Assembly: GCA_964016885.1 (NCBI GenBank)
Contig: OZ024740.1
Span: 151,528,001 to 151,592,000, forward strand
Source: Eledone cirrhosa
Taxonomy: Eukaryota
DNA: 64,000 nucleotides
Direction of reading: 5' to 3'
The translations under genes and the position numbers were made by a program. This document shows positions 1 through 13,284 of this stretch, one piece after another. Each line of letters starts with the position of its first letter. Position 1 is the first letter of the stretch. The notes below the pieces were generated by a model. It was not told the DNA's origin, ran no database searches, and worked only from the letters and a program-made list of their open reading frames with translations.

Positions 1-157
1 TTTATCATCGCATATGCAGAACAACATTATTTCATATTTTTCCTAAGGCTGTAAATGTCACCTCAGTCTAGATTTATCTGTTATTATTAGCAGTTTCATT
101 GACCACCCAAAGGCCTTTAATCTGACTCTTGCATATAGTTTAATTAAGTTGAAAAGT

Positions 158-285
158 AGGCAAATTGACAGAGTCGTTACGCTATTCCTTCCGGTTCTCT
201 GCACACACGTCCTGCAAAGATAAGCTTTGCTTTTCATCCTTTCGAAGTTGATAAATAAAGTCCCAGTTCAGTAATGGTGTCTATT
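158..285 (+). mobile_element. degenerate tRNA-derived SINE
   Basis: Contains ctttgcttttcatcctttcgaagttgataaataaagtcccagt, a diverged version of the SINE core repeated at 3.4, 20.1, 21.3, 22.8, 46.2 and 61.5 kb. Confidence 0.6.
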
Positions 286-1425
286 CTTCCTTTCTATCTC
301 TCTCGCACTTCTTCTCTCTCACTATGCCTCTTTCACTGGAAGACATTGTTGGTGTTCAGACATGGAGAAGGATGGACATCACCAGGTTGAATACCCAAGA
401 TACGCCATATATCATTACGGTTCTCCTACTGCTCAGTCAGTCGTTAAAGGCACTGATCAAGTCGTTAGTAGCCAAACCTTGGCTGTTTATCAACAGAAGC
501 TTGTCCCTGAATAGTGTAGAGCGTTAAAACAGACCAGTTACGGACTGTGTTGCTTTAGACTGGTGTCGGTTCGGATGACAAGTGCTCCATTAGTTTGAAC
601 AACGGAGATTAGTTTGCAAATGGTGGAGCATTCCTTGATACGTACCTTTAACGCAATTCTCGGGGAGGATTCATTGTGATACAATATGTGACATTTATGT
701 TACAAGCACAACACACTTCAGGTACAAACTATTTCCTTCGCTGGAGAGACTGGATGAGTATTAAACAGAGAATTCATCTAACATTAGGATAACTTATTGT
801 GAAGATTTTATTTTATTTTATTTTATTTTATTTTTCCAAAGAAATTCAGTGGTAAAACGACGCCAATTGATGATTTAATTATAAAAGTAGGCTGACGAAA
901 TATTTAATTAATATAAGATTGGTTTGATTATTTCCAATATTTCCAGCATTAAAAATAGCCACAGGGGTCTTAAATATAATTATTATGAAAAATATTATTA
1001 TTTGGTCGAGAAAACAAGCACGAAAACTCTGAAATCTATTAGGTTTCATCAGAAGTGTTTAAGCTTCACCCTCGCTTGCCACGTCTTTGCTATATAGAAT
1101 CTACATAAAACATCGATTTCTGATTTCTTTGTTAGTGATGTATATGAGTTATATATGTGATGTATATGAGTTATATATCATTCAGAATGATTCTCTGATG
1201 CAGATATTTTCTTCCGCCCTTGTATAAATGAAGTAGCACCATCTTCGATTGACCATTTCATATTTACTTTATTTCTCTCATCTTATATTACCCATATGCA
1301 TTTTGAAAGCACCATGTATTGAAACAATATGTTGTAGTGGACATAGCGCGTTTCAAAAGAGACAGAAATGCATGGAATTTTCCTTGATTCGCCATTTTGA
1401 AAACAAAAGAAAAAGAAATCTATAT

Positions 1426-1456
<31 letters not shown>

Positions 1457-1632
1457 TCTATGTGTCTACTTTATAATGTAATCTGTGAACAATAGACTCG
1501 TTAGTTACATGTTTATAAATTTACACTACATTCCTGAAACTAAAACTCCTGAGGCCGAACAAATATCATAATGTAAAGCCCTACCATTTGTAAGTTTTTT
1601 TCAAATTTTCTATTCAGTCTTTACATCGATGG

Positions 1633-1635
<3 letters not shown>

Positions 1636-1707
<72 letters not shown>
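1636..1707. repeat. (CA)n microsatellite
   Basis: Direct reading. Confidence 0.95.
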
Positions 1708-1711
<4 letters not shown>

Positions 1712-1719
1712 GTATGTAT

Positions 1720-2930
1720 GTTCATCTGGGTTTATAATTTTATGAACTTTTACCAATAGAGAGAGAGTCGGTTTCTAACATAGACACAAGACACTTTCAT
1801 TGGAATTTAGACAACATCAACTAGGTAGATATGAATGAATGTCTGCATGCTTGGGTGTGTGTGTGCAGGTTTGGATGTTATTGTATGTGTGCATGTGAAT
1901 ATATTTTGTATCTGTAAATGTGTACATGAAGTTATTACATGCAAAATTTATGAAATGTTTTACATATGTTTAGTGTTGCATCAATGGATTGTACTTGCAA
2001 TATCCTAACTAGTTGTGTTCTTTCTGGTTCTGTGAAGCCCAGATTCTCAGGGTTTGTACTGAAGCAGTTACTAATCACAGGTTTAAATCTGAAAGTATAG
2101 TTAGGGTGGAGAATCTGCAGATTTTTCGTTAGTTCTGCATAGATATTCTCCATTTCGCTAATCTTTAATATTATATTGGCATCTGCTGGACAGCCTGCTT
2201 CCACTACAGTCTTCCACATTGCTGTTACTTTTAATATGTTTATTGTCGGAGCTATCGTTTCTACGGATTACGTTGTATCGTGTTTTGGCCACTACATTAT
2301 GCCTCATAGGTAGATAGTACCACGATGACATCTTTAGAGAGATGCTTATGACATGGGTGACATCTTCGATGTTAATTCTGCAGTGTCTGCATTTGTTGCC
2401 ACAACTAGGTGTTTTTCCTGCATCACTATCTCTTTTGTAATTAAAGTATTTTGCATTGATTTCCTGTTCTTGGATACAAATGTATATCCTGCAAAGTGAG
2501 AGCCAGTATAGCTGTTGCTAGTCCAAGATAGACTACTTTGCTTATCTATACCGTTCTTACTCTGGAGCCTTCTGGCAACATAGCCATGCATGATTCTTTG
2601 CTCATTAGCATGCAGTTTTTATCAATGGATTCACTGCGGTATTGCTGTGCAATTTTCCTGGGTGTCAGTTTACAGGGAATTTCTTTCAAAGCGCTCCTTC
2701 CCAACTCTCATGATCTTATCTATTTCATGCAGATAGACTTGCTCGAGAGGCGGGCTCCTACACTTGGAGGTTCGTATATGTTGTTTAGGCGATATGATGC
2801 GACACTCAAATGCTGTCTGGACTGATATTAGGCCTCTGCCTCCCTGCTTACGTTTCAAGAGGAGGAGGTCTATATCACTGTTGATGTGGAAGTTTCCGGT
2901 GTTGTTTAATATTTTTCGAGTCCTAACATC
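1720..2930 (-). mobile_element. 5'-truncated, decayed RLE-type non-LTR retrotransposon (R4/Dong-like): end of RT, zinc finger, RLE domain and 3' UTR
   Basis: Minus-strand peptides KRKQGGRGLISVQTAFECR, MHGYVARRL, a CRHC..E..H finger and LQVQSIDATLNICKTF, broken by frameshifts; second copy at 18.3-18.6 kb. Confidence 0.8.
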
Positions 2931-3375
2931 AGATTTCGTCTGATGTTAGGACGATAGACGAAATCCGAGCAGGATTTCGTCTATCGTCCAATCGGTGTGT
3001 TAGGACAGGTACAACACACACATTGTTAGCTACAATCTTATTGTGCGCAGAGAGTTCCGATTACCATATTTTTCTTAATCGGGTGTAATATTCCCTGGTT
3101 ACGCGTTCCTTCTTACAGATACCATCATAGGATATATTCTCATCTATCCCTAGGTATCTGCAGCAGTCCTCATCAGGTATCGGTGAAACAGTTAGGCCAT
3201 TGATAAAAATGTTGTTATATTGTCTTGTAGATTTTCCCTTTTTTACAAAACAGTTGTTACAAAGGAAACCTCTTAAACAGTCTCTTTTGCACCCATATGT
3301 CTATGAACGATGTTTCTGATATACCCTTGGTAGAATTGTGATGCATTAATTACCACATATTATTTTAGACTTTCA

Positions 3376-3565
3376 TAAGGGCAGTGGATTGGCAGTATCA
3401 GTAGAGGGTCGGACGCCATGCTTTCTAGCATAGAGTTACGTCCCTTTACGGACTGTGTTCAAATCCCTCCAAGGTTAACTTTGACTTTCATCCTTACGGG
3501 GTCGATAAAATAAAGTACCAGTAATGTACTGGGTAATTGCTGGCCTTGTGCCAAAAGTAGAAACA
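3376..3565 (+). mobile_element. full-length tRNA-derived SINE with 17-bp target-site duplication
   Basis: A-box-like tggcagtatcagtag, B-box-like gttcaaatcc, conserved core tttcatccttacggggtcgataaaataaagtaccagt; flanked by attattttagactttca at 3359-3375 and 3566-3582. Confidence 0.9.
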
Positions 3566-4566
3566 ATTATTTTAGACTTTCACATGGTTCGATAGCTATT
3601 TAATTTCCCAAACAAGCTTTTGCGTTGATCGATTAATTTGATCACACATTGTCGAAAGAGACGGAGTTCAATTCCATTCCATTTTTTAATTCCCAGAATA
3701 ACAACACCTTCAAAACCATATCCACTAGAGTTTTTCTTTTGCTCCTAAAGACACCGACTTAAAGGTTTAAGTTGAACTTTCAATTCAATCGCATGATTTG
3801 TTTTAGTCCCTAATGTTTTCAACAGACACATGTTTCTTAGACTATTTCATCCAAATTTTCTACAACAATCCTTAACACACCGACGACAATCTTGTAGTAG
3901 CCTCTATCTCTTTTATAGCGACTACAACGATATCTGCTCCCCCAAAATTGCAAATTGTTGTCACACAATGAAGCTGTCTATATTCTCATGTCATCCAATG
4001 TATTTCTATACCTCTTCTCTAACAGTAGAAAATGCAATCCCATTCATTTCTCTCCACAGAACTACAACTTTGTGGAACCTACTCTTTGTCTATACAACAT
4101 CTTATTGTCCCACCGAAGATTTTTGTCTTGCAGATCTTCACAAACTCAACATCTGCCGCCCATTAAATGTTTTTTAAAATGTTCACACATGAAGAATTTC
4201 TAAAGCTCTCTACTATTGTTGTCAGTAAATGTTTTCACCTGTTTCATTAGTGCTTATTTTTCAATTCATTTTCTTTTTTCCTACACATACATACACACAC
4301 ACACAAACACACAAACACACACATACACAGAAACACACATACACACATACATGCACATTCATACACATGCACACATACACACACATACACACACACATAC
4401 ACACACATACACACATACACGCATGCACACAAACACACATGCAAACACACACATACACACACAAATATATACATTTATATATATATATACACACCCACAC
4501 ACATATATATATATGTGTGTGTGTATATATATATATACATGTATGTATGTATATATATATATATAT

Positions 4567-4605
<39 letters not shown>

Positions 4606-4610
<5 letters not shown>

Positions 4611-4667
4611 ATACTTTGGGAGGGTCATGTTGCCAATAAAGAATCTTGCTAAACAAATTCAGAAACG

Positions 4668-4670
<3 letters not shown>
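4606..4670. mobile_element. micro-fragment of PLE pseudo-LTR inserted in (TA)n
   Basis: ttgttatactttgggagggtcatgttgccaataa joined to the inverted tail agaatcttgctaaacaaattcagaaacg; same family as 17.9, 42.9 and 60.3 kb. Confidence 0.75.
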
Positions 4671-4706
<36 letters not shown>

Positions 4707-5081
4707 TGTATGCGTGTGTGTGAGTGTGATTTCATGTGTGTTTGTGTATTACTTGTCTCATTTTTTTGGTTTGTATTCTAAATTCGTTGTCCATTGTCCA
4801 TAGCCCAACGCAGCACACTATTTTTTCATTTCGGCTGAATTGGAAGACAAACGCCGAACGATAGTTCATAAAAATAAGACAAATGAAAGGAGTTTCGCTC
4901 TTTTACATATTATTATTATTGATTTAACTGTAGTTGTTGTTGTTATTGTTATGGCTGATGTTGTTATTTTGATAAGTTGTTTTTCAATAACAATTGAGAT
5001 GCTTTGGACAAGAGGCTGAGGGTGGTGGAAGGGAAGAGAGAAATATCAAAAAAGATAGGACGTTATTATTATTATCAGATC

Positions 5082-5137
<56 letters not shown>

Positions 5138-5146
5138 TAATAATAA

Positions 5147-5178
<32 letters not shown>

Positions 5179-5403
5179 TTCATTATTATTATTATTATTG
5201 TTATTGTTTTTGTTGTTCTTCTTCTTCTTCTTGCTGTTGTTTTTGTTTTTATTTTAACCTTTATCATTATTTTATTAATATAATCATTATCCACATCACC
5301 AACATTATCTTTTTCATCGTTTATTATTTTTTTTAATATTGATTTTCTCTTACATAGCTGAAACTTTTTTTATTTGCCTCTAGTTCTGAAAAGAAATTTC
5401 TTT

Positions 5404-5464
<61 letters not shown>

Positions 5465-5774
5465 ATGTTGATGTTGACGATGATGATGATGATGAAGATG
5501 ATGATAATGAAGTTGTTGCTGTTAATGTTGCTGTTGTTGTAGCTGTTGTTGTCGCTCTGTTGTCATGAGGGGTTTTACCTTATACATTTATTTTAATTTT
5601 GTTTCTTAATTTCTTAGTTGTTGTTGCTGATATTACTTTCCTTCTGTTACTTATTTATGTTTGTTTGCATTACTGTAGCTTCTTGTTGTCGTTATTATAG
5701 GTTTTGTTGTTGTTATCATAGGTTTTTTTGTTGTTTCGTTGTTGCTATTACTTAGACGTTTACAGATTCTTAGT

Positions 5775-5912
5775 GAAGAAGAAGAAGAAGAAGAAGAAGA
5801 AGAAGAAGAAGAAGAAGAAGAAGAAGAAGAAGAAGAAGAAGAAAAAGAAGAAGAAGAAGAAGAAGAAGAAGAAGAAGAAGAAGAAGAAGAAGAAGAAGAA
5901 GAAGAAGAAGAA
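5775..5912. repeat. (GAA)n microsatellite
   Basis: Direct reading; explains the poly-E/K/S/F ORFs. Confidence 0.95.
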
Positions 5913-6229
5913 GGAGGAGGATGGGGAACAGGAGACGATACCTCGGAAAAAAGCGAAGTCGTTATATGGAGCGATGATAACCAAAGTATCGTCTTCCCGT
6001 TTTCCTTCGCTTCCAACGTTTTTCGAAATATTTACTTCTGCGACCACAGATTGATTTTTTTTTTAGTTTTTAGTTTCAGAATATTACGTTAAAGGGATTC
6101 TTTGCTTAAACTTTAATCTGTTATTCTAATAAATATTTGCTCTATGGTTTTATATATTTTGATATATATATTATCCTTATCGAGCCCTCTTTGGATTTTA
6201 GTCTTCACATTTATTATTATTACTATATA

Positions 6230-7618
6230 TATGTACATTATGTACATTCACGATCTAACCACCCTGGCTCTATACTCAAGAAATTAGTATATAACATATC
6301 CCTTAGACTTTCTAAATTATCTTCCAATGAAGATATATTTTATAATAATGCACCCTTCTACAACGATGCCTTAACTAGAAGTGGATATAAAGAAAAAATC
6401 TCATATATCCCCAACACTACTATGGACCAAAAAAACTACAAACACCAAAAAATACCATTGAAACAAATACCTAAAGTGGTTATTCCTATTACACCAAACA
6501 ACCTAAAAACCACAACAACTATTACTACACGATCTATGACCAATGTTATCAACCCACATATGAATACCAAGCACTCAAAATATCATAATCTACCCAAAAA
6601 TAACACCAAATACAACCACGATAATTTACCAAATTCCACAAATAAGAACACTAACCATAGGAATTCTTCTAGAACACAACACAATAATATAAGGGATAAT
6701 AAAAACTTAACTAAAATCCGCAAAAGAAACATAACATGGTACAACGCACCCTTCAACATGCAAACTATTGGACAAATCCCCCAAAAATTCTTTGAAATAC
6801 TACATAAACATTTTCCACAAAACCACAGATACCACCAAATATTTAACAAATATACTGTTAAATTCTCATACTCTACATCAAGCAATCTCAAACAAAAAAT
6901 AAGCAACTACAACATTTATAAACTTTAAAATAATATGACTACACCACCGCAACATAATTTAAATAGGACTGCACCTTTTAAAAAGACAAATAATACAATC
7001 CTTCAGCCTAGAAAACACAACCACCCAAATCACCAACACAAAAACAACAGAACACAAAATTACAATACAACTCTAGCACCAAACCACCCACAAAGCAACC
7101 TTCATTCTCCTGCTATCATTAATTACAATAGGAATAGCTCAAGGATAAATGAGAATAGTATAGGCACCCCAAAAAACCATCTTATGTATGGTTGTAATTG
7201 CAGAAATAGAAGCATTTGCCCCTTAAATGGAAACTGTTTGATTAATAATGTAATATATAAATCCACTGTGTCTACTACAGACTCCAACAAAACATATATA
7301 GGATCTACATCAAACACATTTAAGAAAAGATTTTACGCACACTCTAGTAGTTTCAACAATACTAAACTAGCGAACACCACATCTTTAGCTGAAGCGGTAA
7401 ATAATTATTAAAAGAAAAAAATAGATTTCAAGTTGTCGTGGAACACTATTCTACAAAAAACTCCATATCTTGGGAACAGGAGGGAATGCAGATTATGTTC
7501 AGGAGAGATCTTGGAAATTACTAAATCTAAGGACGATTTATTAAATAAAAGACAGGAATTGATCATAGTCTGTAATCACCGTATACGAAAAACATTTAAA
7601 TACTATAAACCTAATTAA
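6230..7618 (+). mobile_element. 5'-truncated Penelope-like element: RT thumb plus GIY-YIG endonuclease, with stops and frameshift
   Basis: YVHSRSNHP..LRLSKLSS, RKRNITWYNAPF..KIFNKYTVKFSYS-type motifs, CNCR..CPLNGNCL, VIY..TYIGST..FKKRFYAH, CRLC..E..LLNKRQE; homologous to the 35.2 and 55-57 kb elements. Confidence 0.9.
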
Positions 7619-7845
7619 ATATTCTAAATAGCAACTCACTATAATTCCGTATAGAATAACATTTATTAGTACCTCTTTCCCCTAATTATATGCTTTCATG
7701 CTTATTTTTGCCTTTTAATGTTTTAGCGTCCTTAGATTTATACGCTAATGACTAAAGGCAACAAGATACACAACCACACGTAATTGCATGAGTAAAAATA
7801 TACATCTATGTATGATATGGAAATATATTTATGTGTGTGTATATT

Positions 7846-7894
<49 letters not shown>

Positions 7895-8117
7895 ATATGT
7901 TTATGTATGTGTATATGTGTAATTATGTATATGCTTGTATATGTATGTGTGTATGTGTATATATATATATGTATGTGTATATATATATATGTAAATGTGT
8001 ATACGTATGTATATATATATATGTGTATATATATATATATATATAAAGAAAAAGAGAGGAAATCTAAAATGCAACTGGAGTCTTATTTTTTTTTTAAATA
8101 TATATATTTATTTGGTT

Positions 8118-8155
8118 CCTTTACCGGTTTCGCAGTTCTTCTGCTTTTCAAAAGG
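8118..8155 (-). ncRNA. minimal type I hammerhead ribozyme, U3-A8 variant (mirror copy)
   Basis: Exact reverse complement of 8224-8261. Confidence 0.7.
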
Positions 8156-8223
8156 TGAGTTGAGATGGAGGGTCTGTGGTTTTTCTCACGTGAGAAAAAC
8201 CACAGACCCTCCATCTCAACTCA

Positions 8224-8261
8224 CCTTTTGAAAAGCAGAAGAACTGCGAAACCGGTAAAGG
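8224..8261 (+). ncRNA. minimal type I hammerhead ribozyme, U3-A8 variant
   Basis: cctt-TTGAAAA-gcag aagaa ctgc-GAAA-ccgg-TA-aagg: stems I and II pair, stem III is palindromic, GUA cleavage triplet. Confidence 0.72.
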
Positions 8262-8613
8262 AACCAAATAAATATATATATTTTTTTTAAAAATAAGACT
8301 CCAGTTGCATTTTAGATTTCATCTCTTTTTATTTATACTTTCACTCGTGTAGGACACCTCGGTTATTTTTCATTTTGTAAAAAAAAACTCACTTTCTAAT
8401 ATATATATATATGCGTGTGTGTGTGTGTATATGTGAGTATAGGTGTATGAATGTTTATATATGAGTATGTGCACATGTTATAGAGGTGTGTACATATACT
8501 CACACAAGTTAATATATATATATATGTGTATGTCTGTGTGTGTGTGTATGTGTGTTGTATATATATATATCTGTGTATATGTGTATGTATATATGTATGT
8601 ATGTGTGAGTGTG

Positions 8614-8648
<35 letters not shown>

Positions 8649-9399
8649 ATATGTATATGTATATATGGGGGTATAGATGTGTATGTATGGATATATATAT
8701 GTATGGAGATATATATATATATATGATTATATGCATGCGTGTGGATGTGTATTTAGGTTTGCATCTATTTGTACGTATGTATATTTTGGCTAGATATCAA
8801 TATAACTGTACCTCTCTCTATATGTGGTGTGAATATATGCACTTTGTAGACTATGAAATGTATGTGTTTTAACTATACCAACATCTGAGTTTGATTGTTT
8901 ATGCATAAACATACTTAGTAATATTTTAGAGCGTATAATATGTTATATTATACTAAGTGCAATTTACCACACCGTACTATATTGTGTTGGTTAAGTTGTA
9001 TATTATCGTATTACTATATCTGATTATCTTATTATAATTTTCATCTTTTAATATACTATCATTCCTAGCCATAACATTATTTTATATTCACCTTAAGACT
9101 CAATACAACACTAATCACCATTTATTTTGACATTCCTTTTAAATTCACTAAACAAGATACATTCAACTATCAGTTTGACAATCCCCTTCCTTCCTAATAG
9201 ATTTTTATGCCATTTCTACTAACACCCTTCAACCATTCCTTTCAAAGGATCATGACCCCAACTAAAGTGTAGTACTTTTCATCTTAACACCATATGAAAA
9301 AAACAATTTGATTCGTTAGTTCTTCAACTACCTCCAAATAAGGATATGATACTAACATGCTACTAATTCTGAGTAAAATTATTATTGAATCAAATTATT

Positions 9400-9535
9400 A
9401 TTGCTTTTGAAAACAGCTGGTGATATGCATGTAAGTAAATATTCTCTCTATCTGATAGTTTGTAAACTTACATAGATCAATAACTGAGTATAGATATAAT
9501 GTATTATCACCATCTAGAAACGATCGTAAAGCAGT
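9400..9535 (+). ncRNA. hammerhead ribozyme, U3-A8 variant with long stem II, probably in the 3' region of the 6.2-7.6 kb PLE
   Basis: attgctt-TTGAAAA-c agctggtgatatgcat...atgtattatcaccatct a-GAAA-cgatcg-TA-aagcagt. Confidence 0.62.
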
Positions 9536-9714
9536 GAAGTATATCTCTAATGACTTGATTTTTTATTTCATTATTTTAACTTATATCATGACTCTGTTTT
9601 CCTTTTAATGTTTTATTGTTTTCTGAGATTTATCTTAACCTACAACATTTTCAACATATGGATTACATCGAGTTCTTCGTGCAGAATAGACCCCACAACT
9701 TACAGTGGATACAC

Positions 9715-9753
<39 letters not shown>

Positions 9754-9759
<6 letters not shown>

Positions 9760-10082
9760 ATATTAACAAATGGAAACTATATTTATAAAACCATATTTAT
9801 TTCGTTATACATATTTCAAGGGCCACCAAGGCAAACTATGGTGCGCATTCATCGGATAAAATATAATATAGGTTAGTTTTATAAATAAATATTGACATAC
9901 CCTGAAAAGTTGCAACCATTCTGGTTGGAATCAGGTTATGACAATATTTATTTATAAAACTAACCTATATTATATTTTATCTGATGAAAGCGCACCATAG
10001 TTTGCCTTGGTAGCCCTGGAAATATGTATAATGAAATAAATATGGTTTTATAAATATAGTTTCCATTTATTAATATATTGTA
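9754..10082. repeat. fold-back element with ~150-bp arms next to (TA)n
   Basis: 9754-9905 is the reverse complement of 9931-10082 with few mismatches. Confidence 0.85.
9975..10036 (+). ncRNA. partly decayed hammerhead ribozyme (mirror copy in the left arm)
   Basis: ttttat-CTGATGA-aagcgcacca..tggtagccctg-GAAA-tatgta-TA-atgaaa; stem II imperfect. Confidence 0.55.
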
Positions 10083-10341
10083 TATTTACTCCAATAATTT
10101 GTTATATCAGTTATAAAAATATTTTGCTTGTTGTATCCCAACAAATTAAATATAACCTCTACACAACATATATATATATATATTAAAATAACAGATTAAA
10201 GTGTAAGCAAAGAATCGCTGCTTTCACCCTTAACGGGATCTTCTTATAACTCACAAAGTCAATCTGTGAACGCGGAAGTGAATATTTCAAAAAACGTTGC
10301 AACCGGAGGAAGACACGAAGACGATACTTTGGTTCGTGGAA

Positions 10342-10607
10342 ACGTTCCCTGGCAAAGAACGGGAAAAAACGAATATAATACGTCATTATTTGGAGCGGTG
10401 AAAAACAATTACACGCAAAGACAAAACCACGTTTATGGTATAAAAGAAGTCGTAGACTAATATTCTATTAGGCGGTTCATAGAGACGTTCTCTGGCAATG
10501 AACGAAAAAAACGAAGATAATACGTCATATGTGTAGCGGGGAGAACAATTACAAGCGAAGACAAAACCACGTAAATGGTATAACTGCAGTCGCAGACTAA
10601 AATTCTA
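10342..10607. repeat. two diverged tandem copies of a ~144-bp unit
   Basis: cgttccctggcaaagaacg..agactaatattcta recurs as cgttctctggcaatgaacg..agactaaaattcta. Confidence 0.7.
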
Positions 10608-10939
10608 ACTAGGAAACCGAAAGATTCTCGGCTTCAGAGTTAAGAATAAAGTAAATAAAATACAGAGGTAAATGAAATTAAATAAATACATACACGCAAC
10701 CATATACGTACATACACAAGTGACAGAATTCGGGTTGTTTGTTTACAAACAAACCGAGCATTATAATAAATGTTCGGTAAACCCATACGTACATATATAT
10801 ATGTGTGCATGCATGTATATATATACATTCTACTGTACATCTGTATACATATATGTATGTACGTATACATACTTACATTTAAGTATCAGTCGTACTAAGA
10901 GTGAGAAATGAAATTTCATTTTTTCCATTTATATATATA

Positions 10940-12479
10940 CTAGCAGAAGTGTCCGGCGTTGCTCGGGGCTGAATTGCTTGAAAGTACTGTTAATGATTGC
11001 ACTGAATTATGATTATTCAGGCACAGATTGATATAAGTTTACGCCGAATGAATCTATTTGTAAGTGTATAGAAAGCCCTGTAAAGGGGTTCCTACCCCCT
11101 CGTAGAATGGTGTAAGAATTGAATGTGAGGTTGCCTTGAAAAGGGCCATGCTATTATTCTCATAATTGTAAGAATTTGATAGTCGTGGAAGGGGGTGTAA
11201 AACGTTCGCAAGTGAATAGGGCCTCTTCGTTTTTCACGAACGGCAGCGGATGTGCTGTTACAAAACTTCATGATGTGTTAAAAGAGAATCGATGCCCTAT
11301 GTAGGCAAGAGGGGAATTAAGTATGGGTAAGTAAATACGGGTAATTCATAAAATCTAGAACAATAGCATCTACTCACCATATGTCAGACCGGCAAGACTG
11401 TAGTGGTGCTGAATAGATGAATCACAACACGTCTGTGGTGGAGATATTGTTTTCATTGATCGGCGTTATGAGTAAATTTGTTGTTGTATAAAATGATCTG
11501 TTGCTTAGTTTTGAAAGTGTATGTTGCGATCGTGTTGTCGCTGATGTAAACTTTAATAGTGAGAGTGTAGATGTAGGGGTAGATGTCTCATCTCATGTAC
11601 GTTGAATATAGAAGATGAGGCTGCTGGTTTGATGACGAATAGATGGAAATAGAGGTGAGCGGAGGACAGGTGTTGGTTAAGTGTGAAGTAATTTCAGGAA
11701 ACGCCTAAAAATGTAAATGCCATCATAAAAGAGAGTCGTATGTAAGTGAAATACTAATGTGTTGTTCCAAAATGATGAAGCGTAGTAATCCTATAAAATC
11801 TCCTTGTACACAATGTTTTTCGTTTTTCGTTGTGGAACGAACGCGAAAGCATCACTGTTACTGCCGACACGCGAGCAGCCAACGTAAAGCTGACCATGAG
11901 AGAAACATGGCTCCCCCAAATGTATTCCCGCCACAGACAGTGTTTGAGTGAGTGTGTGTTTGTATGTGTTTGTAAATAAATCATTAAGTTTGAAGCAACT
12001 AAAAGTTAGTGTGGTTATAAATCACGCACGTTGTTTAATTGCTTTAAATGTTTTTTATCATTTGAAGTGAGTGCGTGTTTGTATGCGTTTCGAAATAAAT
12101 CAGTAAGTTTGAAGTATAAAAGAGAAAGTAGCAAATTGTGTGGGTTGTAGATAGAGGGTAGCAGATGATATGAGAGAGTAAAACGGACAGTATCACCATC
12201 AAGCTTGGAAAGAGAAAGTAGCAGAAAGTATGAAGTTGTATAGATTTTGAATGGTAATGGAAATAGGTGAGCACTTGAAATGAGAGAGGAAAAATCGTAA
12301 AATAATGAGTTTTATCGATTTTTTGCGTAATTGTGGGTGAAATTGAAGAAATTATATGTGCCAAGACCCAATCGAAGCTATTTCGAATACTGAATTGTAA
12401 ATTTCAATTGAAGAAATTCTATATCGTAGATTTCTATAACAAAGGAGCATGACCATACACTGAGCTTTATAGATTATGA
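10940..12479 (-). mobile_element. non-autonomous Helitron
   Basis: On the minus strand it starts A|TC (atcataatctataaag) and ends with the hairpin cccgagcaacgccgga followed by CTAG|T; inserted in (AT)n; no ORF. Confidence 0.75.
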
Positions 12480-13235
12480 TATATATATATATAGGAAGAC
12501 ATAAAGTAGGCTTTGTTTACAAACAGCTAGTGAATTTGAAAATTGGGTAGTAACATGTGGTTGCTCCATATTTGACTAAATAAAATTAATCTGATAGTTG
12601 GTATTTAAAAGAAAAACCTTCTGAATGGAAAAAAAAAGAATGAGTATTTACGTACATGGGACACGAACACACATCTTTGTTTTGCCGGACGAATGTGTTA
12701 CCATTACAGCAACACGCCACCTATACCTCATTCCATTCAATTAGAAGCTATATAACCGTAGCAGGTATATATATATATAAAAATAGGGAGACACAAAGCA
12801 GGCTTTGTTTACAAACAGCTAGCGAATTTGAAAATTAGATAGTAACATGTGCTTACGTCGTATTGGACTAAATAAAATTTGGGACACGGATCCACATCTT
12901 TGGTTTATAGTCTATATAGAATTTGTGTGATGATCAGTTGCTGGAAATGCTCATTTGCATATATAAATAGAAAACAACGACTGGAAATAGTCATTTGTAT
13001 ATTGTCCAAGCTTGGCCTTTTATATTTAATTGGTGGTAGCACTAAGACACTGTTCAAGCATAATAGAGGTGTGTATGACAACATATATAAACATATATAA
13101 CACGGTTATATTCAATAAATATATGGATAGCCTAGATGCGTAAGGAAAATAATTTTTCGTAACGGAAGGAAAGACGTTTTATTTTTCTCTATTTTCCTTA
13201 GTGAATATATTACAGAGTTGCCAGTACGATTGAGA

Positions 13236-13284
13236 ATGTAAGGCAGCGCTGTTTCAAGTTTTGTGAATCTTTCGTCAGTGACAC
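13236..13284 (-). ncRNA. decayed hammerhead ribozyme
   Basis: gtgtca-CTGACGA-aag..ctt-GAAA-cagcgctg-CC-ttacat; palindromic stem III, but the cleavage UH is mutated. Confidence 0.45.

Larger units (their letters stand above)
8044..8400. mobile_element. fold-back (palindromic) non-coding element in (TA)n carrying two inverted hammerheads
   Basis: About 145-bp near-perfect arms centred on cacgtg at 8187-8192; near-identical copy at 48935-49322. Confidence 0.85.

Noticed and set aside
5651-6092. Poly-E/K/S/F ORFs
   Set aside because: (GAA)n microsatellite
12655-12725. tRNA gene on the minus strand
   Set aside because: A/B-box-like sequence only; acceptor and anticodon stems do not pair, so at most a decayed SINE head
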